From contig OZ246402.1 in assembly GCA_965230975.1 (NCBI GenBank), positions 637,009 to 701,008 of the forward strand: DNA of 64,000 nt, written 5' to 3'. The notes under the pieces were generated by a model. It had not been told where the DNA came from. It did no database searches and saw only the letters and a program-made list of their open reading frames with translations. Of this stretch, positions 9,401 through 19,565 are shown one piece after another (the first letter of the stretch is position 1; every line of letters begins with the position of its first letter). The DNA comes from an uncultured Candidatus Saccharibacteria bacterium. Lineage in GTDB: Bacteria; Patescibacteriota; Dojkabacteria; J137. A program made the position numbers and the translations under genes.

Positions 9401-10094
9401 GAACAATCAGCCAGAACTAAAGTTTACCCCACCAAACGTGATTCGTGGCAGGTTAAACTTTACAATGGAATATAATGCCAGTAAATTTCCTGGCTACAAA
9501 ATCTTCCATTTCAATGAAAACTTGGTGGAATCAGAATATTTGATTAAAGACAGTTATAATATTGAGATAAATACTGATGGTGATCTCTATGGATTGCCCG
9601 TATGTTTTTGTGTAGATAAACAAATAAATCAACAATATGAAGATCTTAAAGATAGTCCTAACCTAAAAGTTAATTGCATAAATGATCTTCACCTTAACCA
9701 AGATGCAGACTGCACTTTCTGTCTAGGATTTCCAATGGATTTTATAGATAGAAATTTGGCTAATTTGAGTCTTGAAGATTATCTTGAGGATTTTGTAGTA
9801 CCCTTTCTATATTATCAGACCTATATCTTCCGAAATCGTAAAGAACCTTGGCGTAGTTATGGTCACGGTCCTTTAATAGGACTTGGGGAATATTTTTACG
9901 AAATACGAAACGAAAAATCTAAAGCCAACGAGTCAGTAAAAAGAATTACTCCAACATTCAGAGAAAGGATTAAAGGTGTCAACATCATTTATAGTGAAAA
10001 TTGTATTTGCGGGTCTGGAAGGAAGTGGAGAGATTGCCATTTCAGAGCCGCAATGGGTTTGAAATTTATTAGGAGAATTTTATTAAGAGGTTAG
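9366..10094 (+). CDS. Prokaryotic E2-like domain + C-terminal SEC-C motif
   Basis: LHLNQDADCTFCLG (H..N...CLG), FVVPFLYYQ, EPW..YGHG..G; CICGSGRKWRDCH. Confidence 0.7.
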   Translation: MKITEQDLLYLKNNQPELKFTPPNVIRGRLNFTMEYNASKFPGYKIFHFNENLVESEYLIKDSYNIEINTDGDLYGLPVCFCVDKQINQQYEDLKDSPNLKVNCINDLHLNQDADCTFCLGFPMDFIDRNLANLSLEDYLEDFVVPFLYYQTYIFRNRKEPWRSYGHGPLIGLGEYFYEIRNEKSKANESVKRITPTFRERIKGVNIIYSENCICGSGRKWRDCHFRAAMGLKFIRRILLRG

Positions 10095-10192
10095 CTTTAT
10101 ATTGCATAGCTTTCTATATCAATTGCTTAGCCATTCACACAGTTTTGTAATATAATCATTTCATAATACAATCAAGCATCTATAATAGTTTA

Positions 10193-13100
10193 ATGCTTAA
10201 TCAACAAAATATGAACAATGATTTAACATTCATTACAAATGAAGTAGGTAAATCCCTGCTTGATAGATTTAATACATTGATACCGAACTATACAAAAGAA
10301 TTCGACACTATAGTTGGGTACTTTTTTATTAGTGGATTTCATAAGATATATAGATCATTGGAAAACGTTGATAAAGTTAGGGTATTAGTTGGCTTATCTG
10401 TAGACAAAAAAGTTGCAGACCTAGTTACTTCAGACAGTTTACAAGCTAGATTTGACCTTGAATCCACGAAACAAATAAAAAGTGATATTGTAAGGAAAAT
10501 TCAAGATGAGGTTGCTGACTCAGAAGATACAAAAGAAGTTGAAGAGGGTATTAGAAAATTTGTGGAATGGTTAAAGAGTGGTAAGTTAGAAGTAAAGATA
10601 TATACTAAATCACCTCTTCATGCAAAAGTATATATTCTTACTTTTCAGGAAGGCGACAGAGATCCAGGAATGGTGATTACTGGCTCAAGTAATTTAACTG
10701 CAGGTGGTTTGGATGGTAACTTAGAGTTTAATGTTCAATTGCGAGATCCACGTGACTATTCCTATGCACTTGAGAAGTTTGAGCAACTTTGGGCTGAATC
10801 TGTAGAAATCACAGATCAATATATAACTACAGTTGAGCAGAAAACTCATATCTCTGATTCTATTACTCCTTACGAATTATACTTGAAATTTCTATATGAA
10901 TATTTCAAGAATGATTTAAACTATGAAAATGATGATGAGGATACACTACCAGAGGGCTATTTGGATCTAGATTATCAAAGACAAGCTGTTATAAATGCAA
11001 AAAGAATATTGGAGGAATATGGTGGTGTGTTTATTGCTGATGTAGTTGGACTTGGTAAAACTTTTATTACTTCAAGATTAGTTAAAGCACTAAATCAAAA
11101 AACATTAGTTATAGCTCCACCAGCGCTACTAGATGAGAATAATCCAGGTTCCTGGTTCAATGTATTTGATGAATTCGGGATTAGACATCGAAAATTTGAA
11201 TCAATTGGAAAGTTAGATCATATTCTTGCAATGGGCATACATGAGAATGTGGAAGTTGTAGTAATAGATGAATCCCATAGATTTAGAAATCAATCTACAG
11301 AAACGTATAATAAATTGGCTGAAATTTGCAAAGGGAAAAAAGTCATATTGGTTAGTGCAACGCCGTTTAACAATACTCCAAGTGATCTATTGTCTCAAAT
11401 TAAATTATTTCAGAATTCTAGAAAAAGTAGTATACCGAACCTCTCTGATCTAGATAATTTCTTCTCAAGGTTGAATGGTAAACTAAAGGGTCTAGATAGG
11501 AAGAGAGATTATGAAGAATATATGTCTACAGTAAAGGATAATGCTAAAGAAATAAGGGAAAAAATTTTGAAGTATTTGATGGTTAGAAGAACAAGAAGTG
11601 AAATTAGAAAATACTACGAAACTGATTTGTCCAAACAAAAATTAAGATTCCCTGATGTGATCGAACCAACCCCAGTATTTTACGAATTTAATGATCTCGA
11701 AGACAGAGCATTTCAAGAAACTATGGATTTTATTAAAGTCTTTAAATATAGTCGATATACTCCAATGCTCTACTATAAGGGAACAATTACTGAACAAGAG
11801 AAGCAAGGTCAAAGAAATTTAACTACTTTTATGAAGATGTTACTTGTAAAAAGATTTGAAAGTAGCATATATGCTTTTAAGAAAACTTTAGAAAGGTTTA
11901 TACATTCGTATGAGCTAATGATAGAAGAATATGGGAAAGGCAATGTTTATGTTAGTAATAAAAATGCAAACAAGTTATTCGAACTACTTTCAGAGCAAGA
12001 TGAAGATGGCTTATTAGATTTAATAAGTGGTGGCAAGGCAGAGGTATATAAATCTATAGACTTTAGAGACGAAATCTTGCTTGATATGAAATTTGACTTG
12101 AATATTCTAAAACAAGTATCTGCCAGCTGGGAAAACGTAAAACGTGATGTAAAACTTGAGAGGTTTTTAAATATACTTGAGTCTGATAAGGTTTTAAACC
12201 GAAATAAATTATTAATATTCACTGAATCACAGGAAACTGCTGATTATTTATCAGATAAAATTGGAGAAAAGTACCCTAACTCGGTTTTAAATTATACTGG
12301 AGCATCTTCTATTTCAAAAAGGTTTGAAGTGATTACTAATTTTGATGCAAAGTCAAAAGTACAAGAAGATACATATAGAATACTAGTTACAACTGATGTC
12401 TTGGCTGAGGGTGTTAATTTACATAGATCTAACTGTGTAATTAATTACGATATTCCATGGAACCCGACAAGAATGATTCAAAGAGTGGGTAGAATAAATA
12501 GAGTTGATACTAAATTCAAAGAAATTTATACTTACAATTTCTTCCCGACATCACAAGCAAATGATGAATTAAAATTAAAGGAATCGGCTGAAGCTAAAAT
12601 TAATATGTTTATTGAGTTACTAGGTAATGATGCAAGACTGTTAACTGATGGAGAGGAGATTAAGTCACATGACTTATTTAACAAATTGCTTTCAAAAGAA
12701 ACTTTAACTGGAGAGGACGAGAGTTTTGAAAGTGAATTAAAATACCTACAAGTAATACAGTCCATTAGAGACACAGATGTGGACTTATTTTCTAAGATAA
12801 AGGTCCTACCTAAAAAAGCACGTACAGGTAAAGTTTCCAAAGCAAACGAAATCGCACTAGTTTCCTATTTCCAAAAAGGAAATATTGATAAGTTCATACT
12901 CACAGCTGGCAATCTAACGAGTGAACTTGGTTTTTTTGATGCAGTAAAACTTATTGAATCTGAGGCGGACGTAAAGTCAAAAAAAATCTCTGAGGATTAT
13001 TACGAATATTTAAGCAAGAACAAGAATCTGTTTGATGAGTTAATAAATCAAAATATAGATGAAACTATTATCAAAAGAGGTGGTGATTCTGCTCAAAAAC

Positions 13101-13396
13101 TTGTTAAAAGATTAGGAATTTTGCTTAAGGGTATGAATAATTTAACAGAAGATCAAGACGAATATTTGAACAAGGTTATGGATAAAGCCGAAGAAGGAGC
13201 ACTATCGCGTGGAGTTGCAAAAAAATTATGGGATCTAATTAACTCTAGCGATATAGGATTAGATTCACAAAAAGTGTACTTTTCGATAAAAAAGAATTTA
13301 TCAGATAACTGGCTGAAAGATACCTTCACCGAATCAAGCCATATATCGGAAGGGAAAAGAGAAGTAATATTGTCTCAAATGATATTTCCAAATTAA
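10193..13396 (+). CDS. PLD nuclease-SNF2/SF2 helicase
   Basis: LHAKVY...GSSNLT (PLD), ADVVGLGKT, DESH, SATP, TDVLAEGVNL, QRVGRINR. Confidence 0.92.
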   Translation: MLNQQNMNNDLTFITNEVGKSLLDRFNTLIPNYTKEFDTIVGYFFISGFHKIYRSLENVDKVRVLVGLSVDKKVADLVTSDSLQARFDLESTKQIKSDIVRKIQDEVADSEDTKEVEEGIRKFVEWLKSGKLEVKIYTKSPLHAKVYILTFQEGDRDPGMVITGSSNLTAGGLDGNLEFNVQLRDPRDYSYALEKFEQLWAESVEITDQYITTVEQKTHISDSITPYELYLKFLYEYFKNDLNYENDDEDTLPEGYLDLDYQRQAVINAKRILEEYGGVFIADVVGLGKTFITSRLVKALNQKTLVIAPPALLDENNPGSWFNVFDEFGIRHRKFESIGKLDHILAMGIHENVEVVVIDESHRFRNQSTETYNKLAEICKGKKVILVSATPFNNTPSDLLSQIKLFQNSRKSSIPNLSDLDNFFSRLNGKLKGLDRKRDYEEYMSTVKDNAKEIREKILKYLMVRRTRSEIRKYYETDLSKQKLRFPDVIEPTPVFYEFNDLEDRAFQETMDFIKVFKYSRYTPMLYYKGTITEQEKQGQRNLTTFMKMLLVKRFESSIYAFKKTLERFIHSYELMIEEYGKGNVYVSNKNANKLFELLSEQDEDGLLDLISGGKAEVYKSIDFRDEILLDMKFDLNILKQVSASWENVKRDVKLERFLNILESDKVLNRNKLLIFTESQETADYLSDKIGEKYPNSVLNYTGASSISKRFEVITNFDAKSKVQEDTYRILVTTDVLAEGVNLHRSNCVINYDIPWNPTRMIQRVGRINRVDTKFKEIYTYNFFPTSQANDELKLKESAEAKINMFIELLGNDARLLTDGEEIKSHDLFNKLLSKETLTGEDESFESELKYLQVIQSIRDTDVDLFSKIKVLPKKARTGKVSKANEIALVSYFQKGNIDKFILTAGNLTSELGFFDAVKLIESEADVKSKKISEDYYEYLSKNKNLFDELINQNIDETIIKRGGDSAQKLVKRLGILLKGMNNLTEDQDEYLNKVMDKAEEGALSRGVAKKLWDLINSSDIGLDSQKVYFSIKKNLSDNWLKDTFTESSHISEGKREVILSQMIFPN

Positions 13397-16300
13397 TGAA
13401 TACTCAAGCCAAACTCAAAGTTAAAACACTGTTTGAAAATAGATTTAATAAGGAAAAGTTCGTCTCATTTATTGCTGACTTGCTTAATGAAGTTGAAAAT
13501 GACACCTCCTTCCCTCCACTAAGGGGAAGATATATTAAAGCACCATTTCAAAATGGAATTCATGAATATGAGAGGGTTTGTAAATATATAGATTCATTAG
13601 GAAACCAGATAGATGTACTTATAGTTAAATTGAAAGACAAAAGTAAATTAGAAAATGCAAGGACTTTTCAAAGGAACTTCGTTGTTGACTATCTTAATGG
13701 TGGGCGAGGAGGAAAACTTAAAGATGGTGCATTAGTTGCTTTTTATTCCGATGATATTTCAGATTGGAGATTTTCTTTTGTAAAGCTGGAATATGAACTT
13801 AAAGAAGAAAACGGAAAAATAAAAGAGAACAAAAAAATGAATTCAGCTAAGCGATACTCATTCCTTGTTGGTGAGAATGAAAATTCGCACACGGCTCAAA
13901 GCCAGTTACTACCTCTGCTCGAAGATGATATTAATAACCCTACTTTAAAACAAATTGAAGATGTGTTCGGAGTTGAGATAGTAACTAAAGAGTTTTTTGA
14001 AAAATATAAAGAGCTCTTTTTACAAGTTAACAACCATCTCGAAGAAATTGTAAGAAAAGATACCAATGTAAAAAATGATTTTGAAAGTAAAGAAATTAGT
14101 ATAGGTGACTTTGCTAAGAAATTATTAGGTCAAATAGTGTTCCTATACTTTTTACAAAAAAAAGGATGGTTCGGTGTTCCCATGACCAAAAAATGGGGAG
14201 AAGGAGATAGAAGATTTTTAAGAAGTATTTTTGAAAAATCTAATAAAGAGAGTAAGAACTTTTTTAATGATTATCTGGAACCTCTATTTTATGAGGCGTT
14301 AGCCAAAGAAAGAGATGGTAATTACTATAGTAGATTCGAGTGTAAAATTCCTTTTTTGAATGGAGGATTATTTGACCCTATCGGTGATTATGATTGGTGG
14401 AATACTGTTATCAATTTGCCAAATGATCTCTTTTCAAATAACTATATTTCCCAAGATAAACATAAAGATATAGGTACGGGAATCTTGGATGTTTTTGATA
14501 GATACAACTTCACAGTTAGGGAAGATGAACCTCTTGAAAAAGAAGTAGCAATCGATCCTGAAATGCTCGGCAAGGTATTCGAGAATATGCTTGAAGTAAA
14601 AGATCGAAAATCGAAAGGTACATATTATACTCCTCGAGAAATTGTTCACTATATGTGCCAGGAAAGTTTAATAAATTATCTAGAGAGTAATTTAAGTACG
14701 GTTAGTAGAGATGATCTAGTTTACCTTGTAAAAAAAGCCGAGTACGATAAGGAAAAAGAGCAAGCTGGGGTTGAGGGTATAAAAGTTTATGAAATCAACT
14801 CAAAATTTCCGGAGGATATTAAGATTTATTCAAATGAAATTGATCAGTTGCTTGCGGATATTAAAGTATGTGACCCAGCAATTGGTTCTGGTGCATTCCC
14901 AGTTGGTATGATGAATGAAATTGTAAAAGTCAGGTCTATCTTAACAGAATTCTTGCCAAACAATAGTAATCGTAGTGAGTATGAATTTAAAAGACATGCT
15001 ATAGCGAATTCTATACATGGAGTTGATATAGATCAAGGTGCAGTTGAAATTGCGAAACTTAGACTTTGGCTCTCTCTTATTGTTGATGAAGACGATATTA
15101 GCAACATAAAGCCCTTACCAAATCTTGATTATAAAATTATGCAGGGTAATAGTCTTATTGAGGAATTTGAAGGAATAAAACTATTTGATGATAGCCTATT
15201 AAACAATGATGATTCCTATAAACATGAAATTATGAAGCTGAAGGATAGACAGCACGTTCTTCAAAAAGAATACTTTGAAATTTACCATGATAATACAAAG
15301 AAAAGTGAAACAGATCAGATTAACAAGGAATTAGAATTGATTAAAAAGAAGCTAATTGATCTTAATAAACCTCAGAAAGTAAACGATGGCGAAATTGATC
15401 TATTTAAGACTAGAGATGAAGCCAAAGAGAAAGCTGATCAGTTACAAGTATTACAAAAGAAGTTTTTTGAAGCATCACAAAAGTCTGAAAAGGAAAGAAT
15501 TAAGCAACAAATTGATGATTTGATATGGGATTTGATTGAGACTACAGTTAGACATGAAGGTAGTAGCGATAAATTGGCCCATATACAAAAAATTAGAAGG
15601 TCTAATAATAAACCCTTCTTTTTATGGAAATTGAATTTTGCTGATGTGTTTAAAGAAAAAGGAGGTTTTGATGTTGTAATTGCAAATCCACCGTATGTAA
15701 AAGAATATACGCAAAAAGATGCATTTGATGGATTGAGAAAATCACCATATTATAAAGGGAAAATGGATCTGTGGTACTTTTTTGCTTGTTTTGGAATAGA
15801 TATTCTTCATGAAGGGGGAATACTTACATTAATTGCACAAAATAACTGGGTTACAAGTTATGGAGCTTCGAAGATGAGAGATAAAATAATTACTGAAACA
15901 CAAATATTAACACTAATCGATTTTGGAAATTACATGATTTTTGACACTGCTGATATCCAAACTATGGTTATGATTTTCAGTAAAGTAAAGCCATTGGGAA
16001 ACTATCATTTCAACCTAAGAAGAATAGTAGGAAAGCCTCACAGCCCCTCAATAATTAATGACTTACTTGAGGAGAAGAAGGCTGAGAATATAGAAATATT
16101 ACATCCCAATATTAAGCCGGATTCATTAATCAATAAAAGTTTCTCATTCAATAATGTTCAATCTAATAAACTACTAAATAAGTTGACTAAGGACTCCATA
16201 TTTCTTAATGGTGATAAAGAAATTGCTCAAGGTATTGTGCCTAATCCAGATGTAGTAAATAGTAGAAATATAAAAAAGATACCTGAATCAATGGTCCGAA

Positions 16301-17055
16301 GTTTGGAGATACAGGTAGGAGATGGCGTATTTGTAGTTGATGAGAATAAATTTTCTGACTTAACACTGAAAGAAAAGTTAATATTGAAACCACTCTACGA
16401 ACCATTTCAATTTGAAAAATATTTCATACCAAAGAAGACTTCAAAGAAGTTAATTTACTTTATAAAAGGTTTAAATCCAGCAGATTATCCCACACTCATA
16501 GAACATCTCAGTAAGTACAAAGAAATAATGCTTGATCGTAGAGAAAATATAAATGGAAGACTTGAATATTATCATTTGCATTGGCCAAGAGACGAAAAGT
16601 TCTTTAAAGAAGGAAAAAAAATTCTTTGTGTAAGAAAATCAAGTTATCCATTGTTTATTTACACCGAAAATCCAGCTTATGTAATGATGTCTGTAAATAT
16701 TATTAAATCTGATAGAATTAACCTTAAGTACCTTACTGCAATACTTAATAGTAGAATTGTAGCTTTCTGGTTACAAAAAAGAGGAAAATTACAAGGTTCA
16801 AACTTTCAACTAGATAAAGAGCCCCTAACCGAAATTCCAATACGACTAGCGAGCGTAGATAGTGTTAAATCAATTGTTGATATAGTTGACCAAATTCTCG
16901 CCATAACAGAAAAGTCAGATTATCTAAACAATGAAATTGAGAAATCTCAAATAAAATCTCTACAAACAAAAATTGATCAAATGATTTATAAACTGTACGA
17001 ATTATCTGATGAAGAGATTAAAATAGTTAAAGAAGAAACTCAGCATCTTTATTAA
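13396..17055 (+). CDS. Type IIG/Eco57I-like restriction-modification enzyme (N6-adenine MTase)
   Basis: FLNGGLF, GTYYTP, DPAIGSGAF, FDVVIANPPY, TaqI-C-like C-terminus; TAATG coupling with helicase. Confidence 0.9.
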   Translation: MNTQAKLKVKTLFENRFNKEKFVSFIADLLNEVENDTSFPPLRGRYIKAPFQNGIHEYERVCKYIDSLGNQIDVLIVKLKDKSKLENARTFQRNFVVDYLNGGRGGKLKDGALVAFYSDDISDWRFSFVKLEYELKEENGKIKENKKMNSAKRYSFLVGENENSHTAQSQLLPLLEDDINNPTLKQIEDVFGVEIVTKEFFEKYKELFLQVNNHLEEIVRKDTNVKNDFESKEISIGDFAKKLLGQIVFLYFLQKKGWFGVPMTKKWGEGDRRFLRSIFEKSNKESKNFFNDYLEPLFYEALAKERDGNYYSRFECKIPFLNGGLFDPIGDYDWWNTVINLPNDLFSNNYISQDKHKDIGTGILDVFDRYNFTVREDEPLEKEVAIDPEMLGKVFENMLEVKDRKSKGTYYTPREIVHYMCQESLINYLESNLSTVSRDDLVYLVKKAEYDKEKEQAGVEGIKVYEINSKFPEDIKIYSNEIDQLLADIKVCDPAIGSGAFPVGMMNEIVKVRSILTEFLPNNSNRSEYEFKRHAIANSIHGVDIDQGAVEIAKLRLWLSLIVDEDDISNIKPLPNLDYKIMQGNSLIEEFEGIKLFDDSLLNNDDSYKHEIMKLKDRQHVLQKEYFEIYHDNTKKSETDQINKELELIKKKLIDLNKPQKVNDGEIDLFKTRDEAKEKADQLQVLQKKFFEASQKSEKERIKQQIDDLIWDLIETTVRHEGSSDKLAHIQKIRRSNNKPFFLWKLNFADVFKEKGGFDVVIANPPYVKEYTQKDAFDGLRKSPYYKGKMDLWYFFACFGIDILHEGGILTLIAQNNWVTSYGASKMRDKIITETQILTLIDFGNYMIFDTADIQTMVMIFSKVKPLGNYHFNLRRIVGKPHSPSIINDLLEEKKAENIEILHPNIKPDSLINKSFSFNNVQSNKLLNKLTKDSIFLNGDKEIAQGIVPNPDVVNSRNIKKIPESMVRSLEIQVGDGVFVVDENKFSDLTLKEKLILKPLYEPFQFEKYFIPKKTSKKLIYFIKGLNPADYPTLIEHLSKYKEIMLDRRENINGRLEYYHLHWPRDEKFFKEGKKILCVRKSSYPLFIYTENPAYVMMSVNIIKSDRINLKYLTAILNSRIVAFWLQKRGKLQGSNFQLDKEPLTEIPIRLASVDSVKSIVDIVDQILAITEKSDYLNNEIEKSQIKSLQTKIDQMIYKLYELSDEEIKIVKEETQHLY

Positions 17056-17069
17056 ATGTTTTCATAATT

Positions 17070-17774
17070 ATGAATTCTGCAAACCAAGGTTCATCATTTG
17101 ATTCATATAAAAGACATACAGAAAAGATCCTTAGTACTTTTGTTGGTATACAGAAAATAGCAAATCTTCCTGGAGAAACTATCAAAAAAGCTTATGCTCC
17201 AATTGAAAAGATCTTTGAACAGTTAAGGTACATGATTTATGTCGATCCAGATACTTTCAATACTCTTTCTGGTTTATATCAATCTGTTCAAATAGATAGC
17301 AGTATAAAATACCCTGATAAATATATAATCTACACCAATGCAGTAAAAACTCCTCAATATGATGGTCAGCAATTTATTGTTACCAAAGAGATTGCTTTAG
17401 TAATTGCCAAATTAGATTATCAGTATAGGCATAAGATTTATGGGAAAGTGAATAAAGTGCCTTTTAATAAACACTCTTCAGTACTAGAGATAGATGGTAC
17501 CTCTTTTCAAATCAAAAAGGATTTAGAAACTTTTAACTTATGCTTAATGTTATTTGGGTCAAAACAATATATTGAAAAGATATGGAAATGGGAAGATATA
17601 AAGACAAAAGTACTCGATCACGGAAAAGAAGTTATAGATGATGAAAATGCATTTAAACTCAAAGTATATCGTTTAAATAAGAGAATTGAGAATAAAATTG
17701 GCTTTATAGATATCATTTTGTACAAAAATAAAACTGTCCGTGTAAATCCCCAATATATCTACTTTTTCAAATAG
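17070..17774 (+). CDS. Hypothetical protein with possible C-terminal winged helix
   Basis: WKWEDI...FKLKVYRLNKRIENK...IILYKNKTVRVNP resembles an OmpR-type wHTH end. Confidence 0.45.
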   Translation: MNSANQGSSFDSYKRHTEKILSTFVGIQKIANLPGETIKKAYAPIEKIFEQLRYMIYVDPDTFNTLSGLYQSVQIDSSIKYPDKYIIYTNAVKTPQYDGQQFIVTKEIALVIAKLDYQYRHKIYGKVNKVPFNKHSSVLEIDGTSFQIKKDLETFNLCLMLFGSKQYIEKIWKWEDIKTKVLDHGKEVIDDENAFKLKVYRLNKRIENKIGFIDIILYKNKTVRVNPQYIYFFK

Positions 17775-17841
17775 CAACCGAACCTTACCGAACACCACTT
17801 TCTGCAACAATACAATAAATTATTTATTATTTTATTGTTGT

Positions 17842-19167
17842 ATGGAAGAAAAACTTCAAACAGTTTATGTAAACATAAACGACCTCGTTAATGCTGATTA
17901 CAATCCTAGAAAATGGGATGAAAAGGCTCTCTCGGACTTAAAGGAAAGCATAAAGCGCTTCGGATTAGTTGATCCTGCAATCGTGAACATTGCCGAGAAC
18001 AGAAAGAATATAGTCATTGGTGGTCATATGCGTATTGAAGCAGCAAAAGCCCTGGGGGTTACTGAGATGCCAGTAATCTATCTAAATATCCCAAACGTCG
18101 AAAAAGAAAAAGAACTTAATATAAGGCTCAATAAGAATCATGGAGAATTCGATTTTGAACTTCTTGCAAATTTCGCCGAAGATTTTCTTACAGATATTGG
18201 CTTTAATTCAGAAGAACTAGATTCTATTTTCGATTGGGACGATGAAACCCCAGAAATATTTGATTTAGAGAAAGAGCTTGAAAAGTTAAATATCAAAAAC
18301 ATTGAGATTCAAAAGGGTGATGTATGGCAATTAGGTGAAAGCAGATTAATGTGTGGTGATTCTACAGTTAATGAAGATATGCATAAGCTTTTAAACAATG
18401 AGAAAGCTGACATGTGCTTTACTGATCCACCTTACATTCTTGATTATCTTCACGGTAAGAAAAAGAATGGTAAAGCAACAGAAGGATTTGGTGCTAAAAG
18501 AAATCGTAAATATCTAGAAACAGACATTCTTCCTGACAACTTCACTGAACTTTGGATGAAAAATATCTCAGAAGTTTCCAAAGATAATTTCCACATAATC
18601 GTTTATGAAAACTGGAAAAACATTAGAACAATATGGGGTGAAATGGAAAAGTATTGGAAAGTTAAAAACATGATTGTCTGGCATCTACCAAATCGTAATC
18701 AAGGCTTTGCCCCGAAATATAAATTCTTTTCGAAACATGATATTGCAATGGTCGGTTCAACCGAAGATAAAGAAGAATTGGATTTAAATCCTGAGGATGA
18801 ACTTTTGCAAAATGAGTATGAAACTGCTTTATATGCAATATCAGGTAAGCCTCAATGGGAAGGTTATGAAAAGGGAAAGACGATACAACCAACTGATTTT
18901 ATTGAATATAAAGCCTCTGATGAAAAAAGTTCGGGGCAAGGAATAATATTTGGAACGAAACCATTAGAAATCCTAATTCCCTACATCAAAGTACTTACTA
19001 AACGTGGAGATCTAATTGTTGAGCCTTTTGGAGGAAGCGGATCAACATTGATCGCTTCAACGAAAATGAAAAGAAGATGTTATCTAATGGAGAAATCTCC
19101 AGTTTATGCCGAAGTAATCAAAAATCGTTGGGAGAAATTAACTGGTGAGAAAGGAGTAAAGATATGA
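17842..19167 (+). CDS. ParB-N domain + N4/N6 DNA methyltransferase
   Basis: YNPR...SIKRFGLVDP...IGGHMR; LMCGDST, TDPPY, TKP, EPFGGSGST. Confidence 0.92.
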   Translation: MEEKLQTVYVNINDLVNADYNPRKWDEKALSDLKESIKRFGLVDPAIVNIAENRKNIVIGGHMRIEAAKALGVTEMPVIYLNIPNVEKEKELNIRLNKNHGEFDFELLANFAEDFLTDIGFNSEELDSIFDWDDETPEIFDLEKELEKLNIKNIEIQKGDVWQLGESRLMCGDSTVNEDMHKLLNNEKADMCFTDPPYILDYLHGKKKNGKATEGFGAKRNRKYLETDILPDNFTELWMKNISEVSKDNFHIIVYENWKNIRTIWGEMEKYWKVKNMIVWHLPNRNQGFAPKYKFFSKHDIAMVGSTEDKEELDLNPEDELLQNEYETALYAISGKPQWEGYEKGKTIQPTDFIEYKASDEKSSGQGIIFGTKPLEILIPYIKVLTKRGDLIVEPFGGSGSTLIASTKMKRRCYLMEKSPVYAEVIKNRWEKLTGEKGVKI

Positions 19168-19565
19168 AAAATCTAAAAAAAGAACTAATTGAACAACTAC
19201 GAAAAACTCCGATTATAGAAGTTGCTTGTAAGAAAGTTGGAATTGGTAGAGCGACCTTTTATAGATGGAAGAAAAGAGATGGCAAATTTGCTGATGAAGC
19301 AGAATCAGCAATTCTTGAAGGATCACAAGTTGTAAATGATATGGCTGAAAGTCAGTTAATTAATTCTATCAAGAACGGAAATTTAACTGGAATTATTTTT
19401 TGGCTTAAGAATCATCATAAACAATACTCACCTAAACTTGAAGTAACAACAAAAAGTGCAGATCTACCACTAACAGAAGAACAAAAGGAAGTTATTCGAA
19501 AGTCATTAAGTATGGCTTTTAATTTATCTATTAATGATACAAACGATGAACATGAAACAAATTAA
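19164..19565 (+). CDS. Putative terminase small subunit (HTH)
   Basis: IEVACKKVGIGRATFYRW, AESQL...IIFWLK; directly upstream of terL. Confidence 0.75.
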   Translation: MKNLKKELIEQLRKTPIIEVACKKVGIGRATFYRWKKRDGKFADEAESAILEGSQVVNDMAESQLINSIKNGNLTGIIFWLKNHHKQYSPKLEVTTKSADLPLTEEQKEVIRKSLSMAFNLSINDTNDEHETN

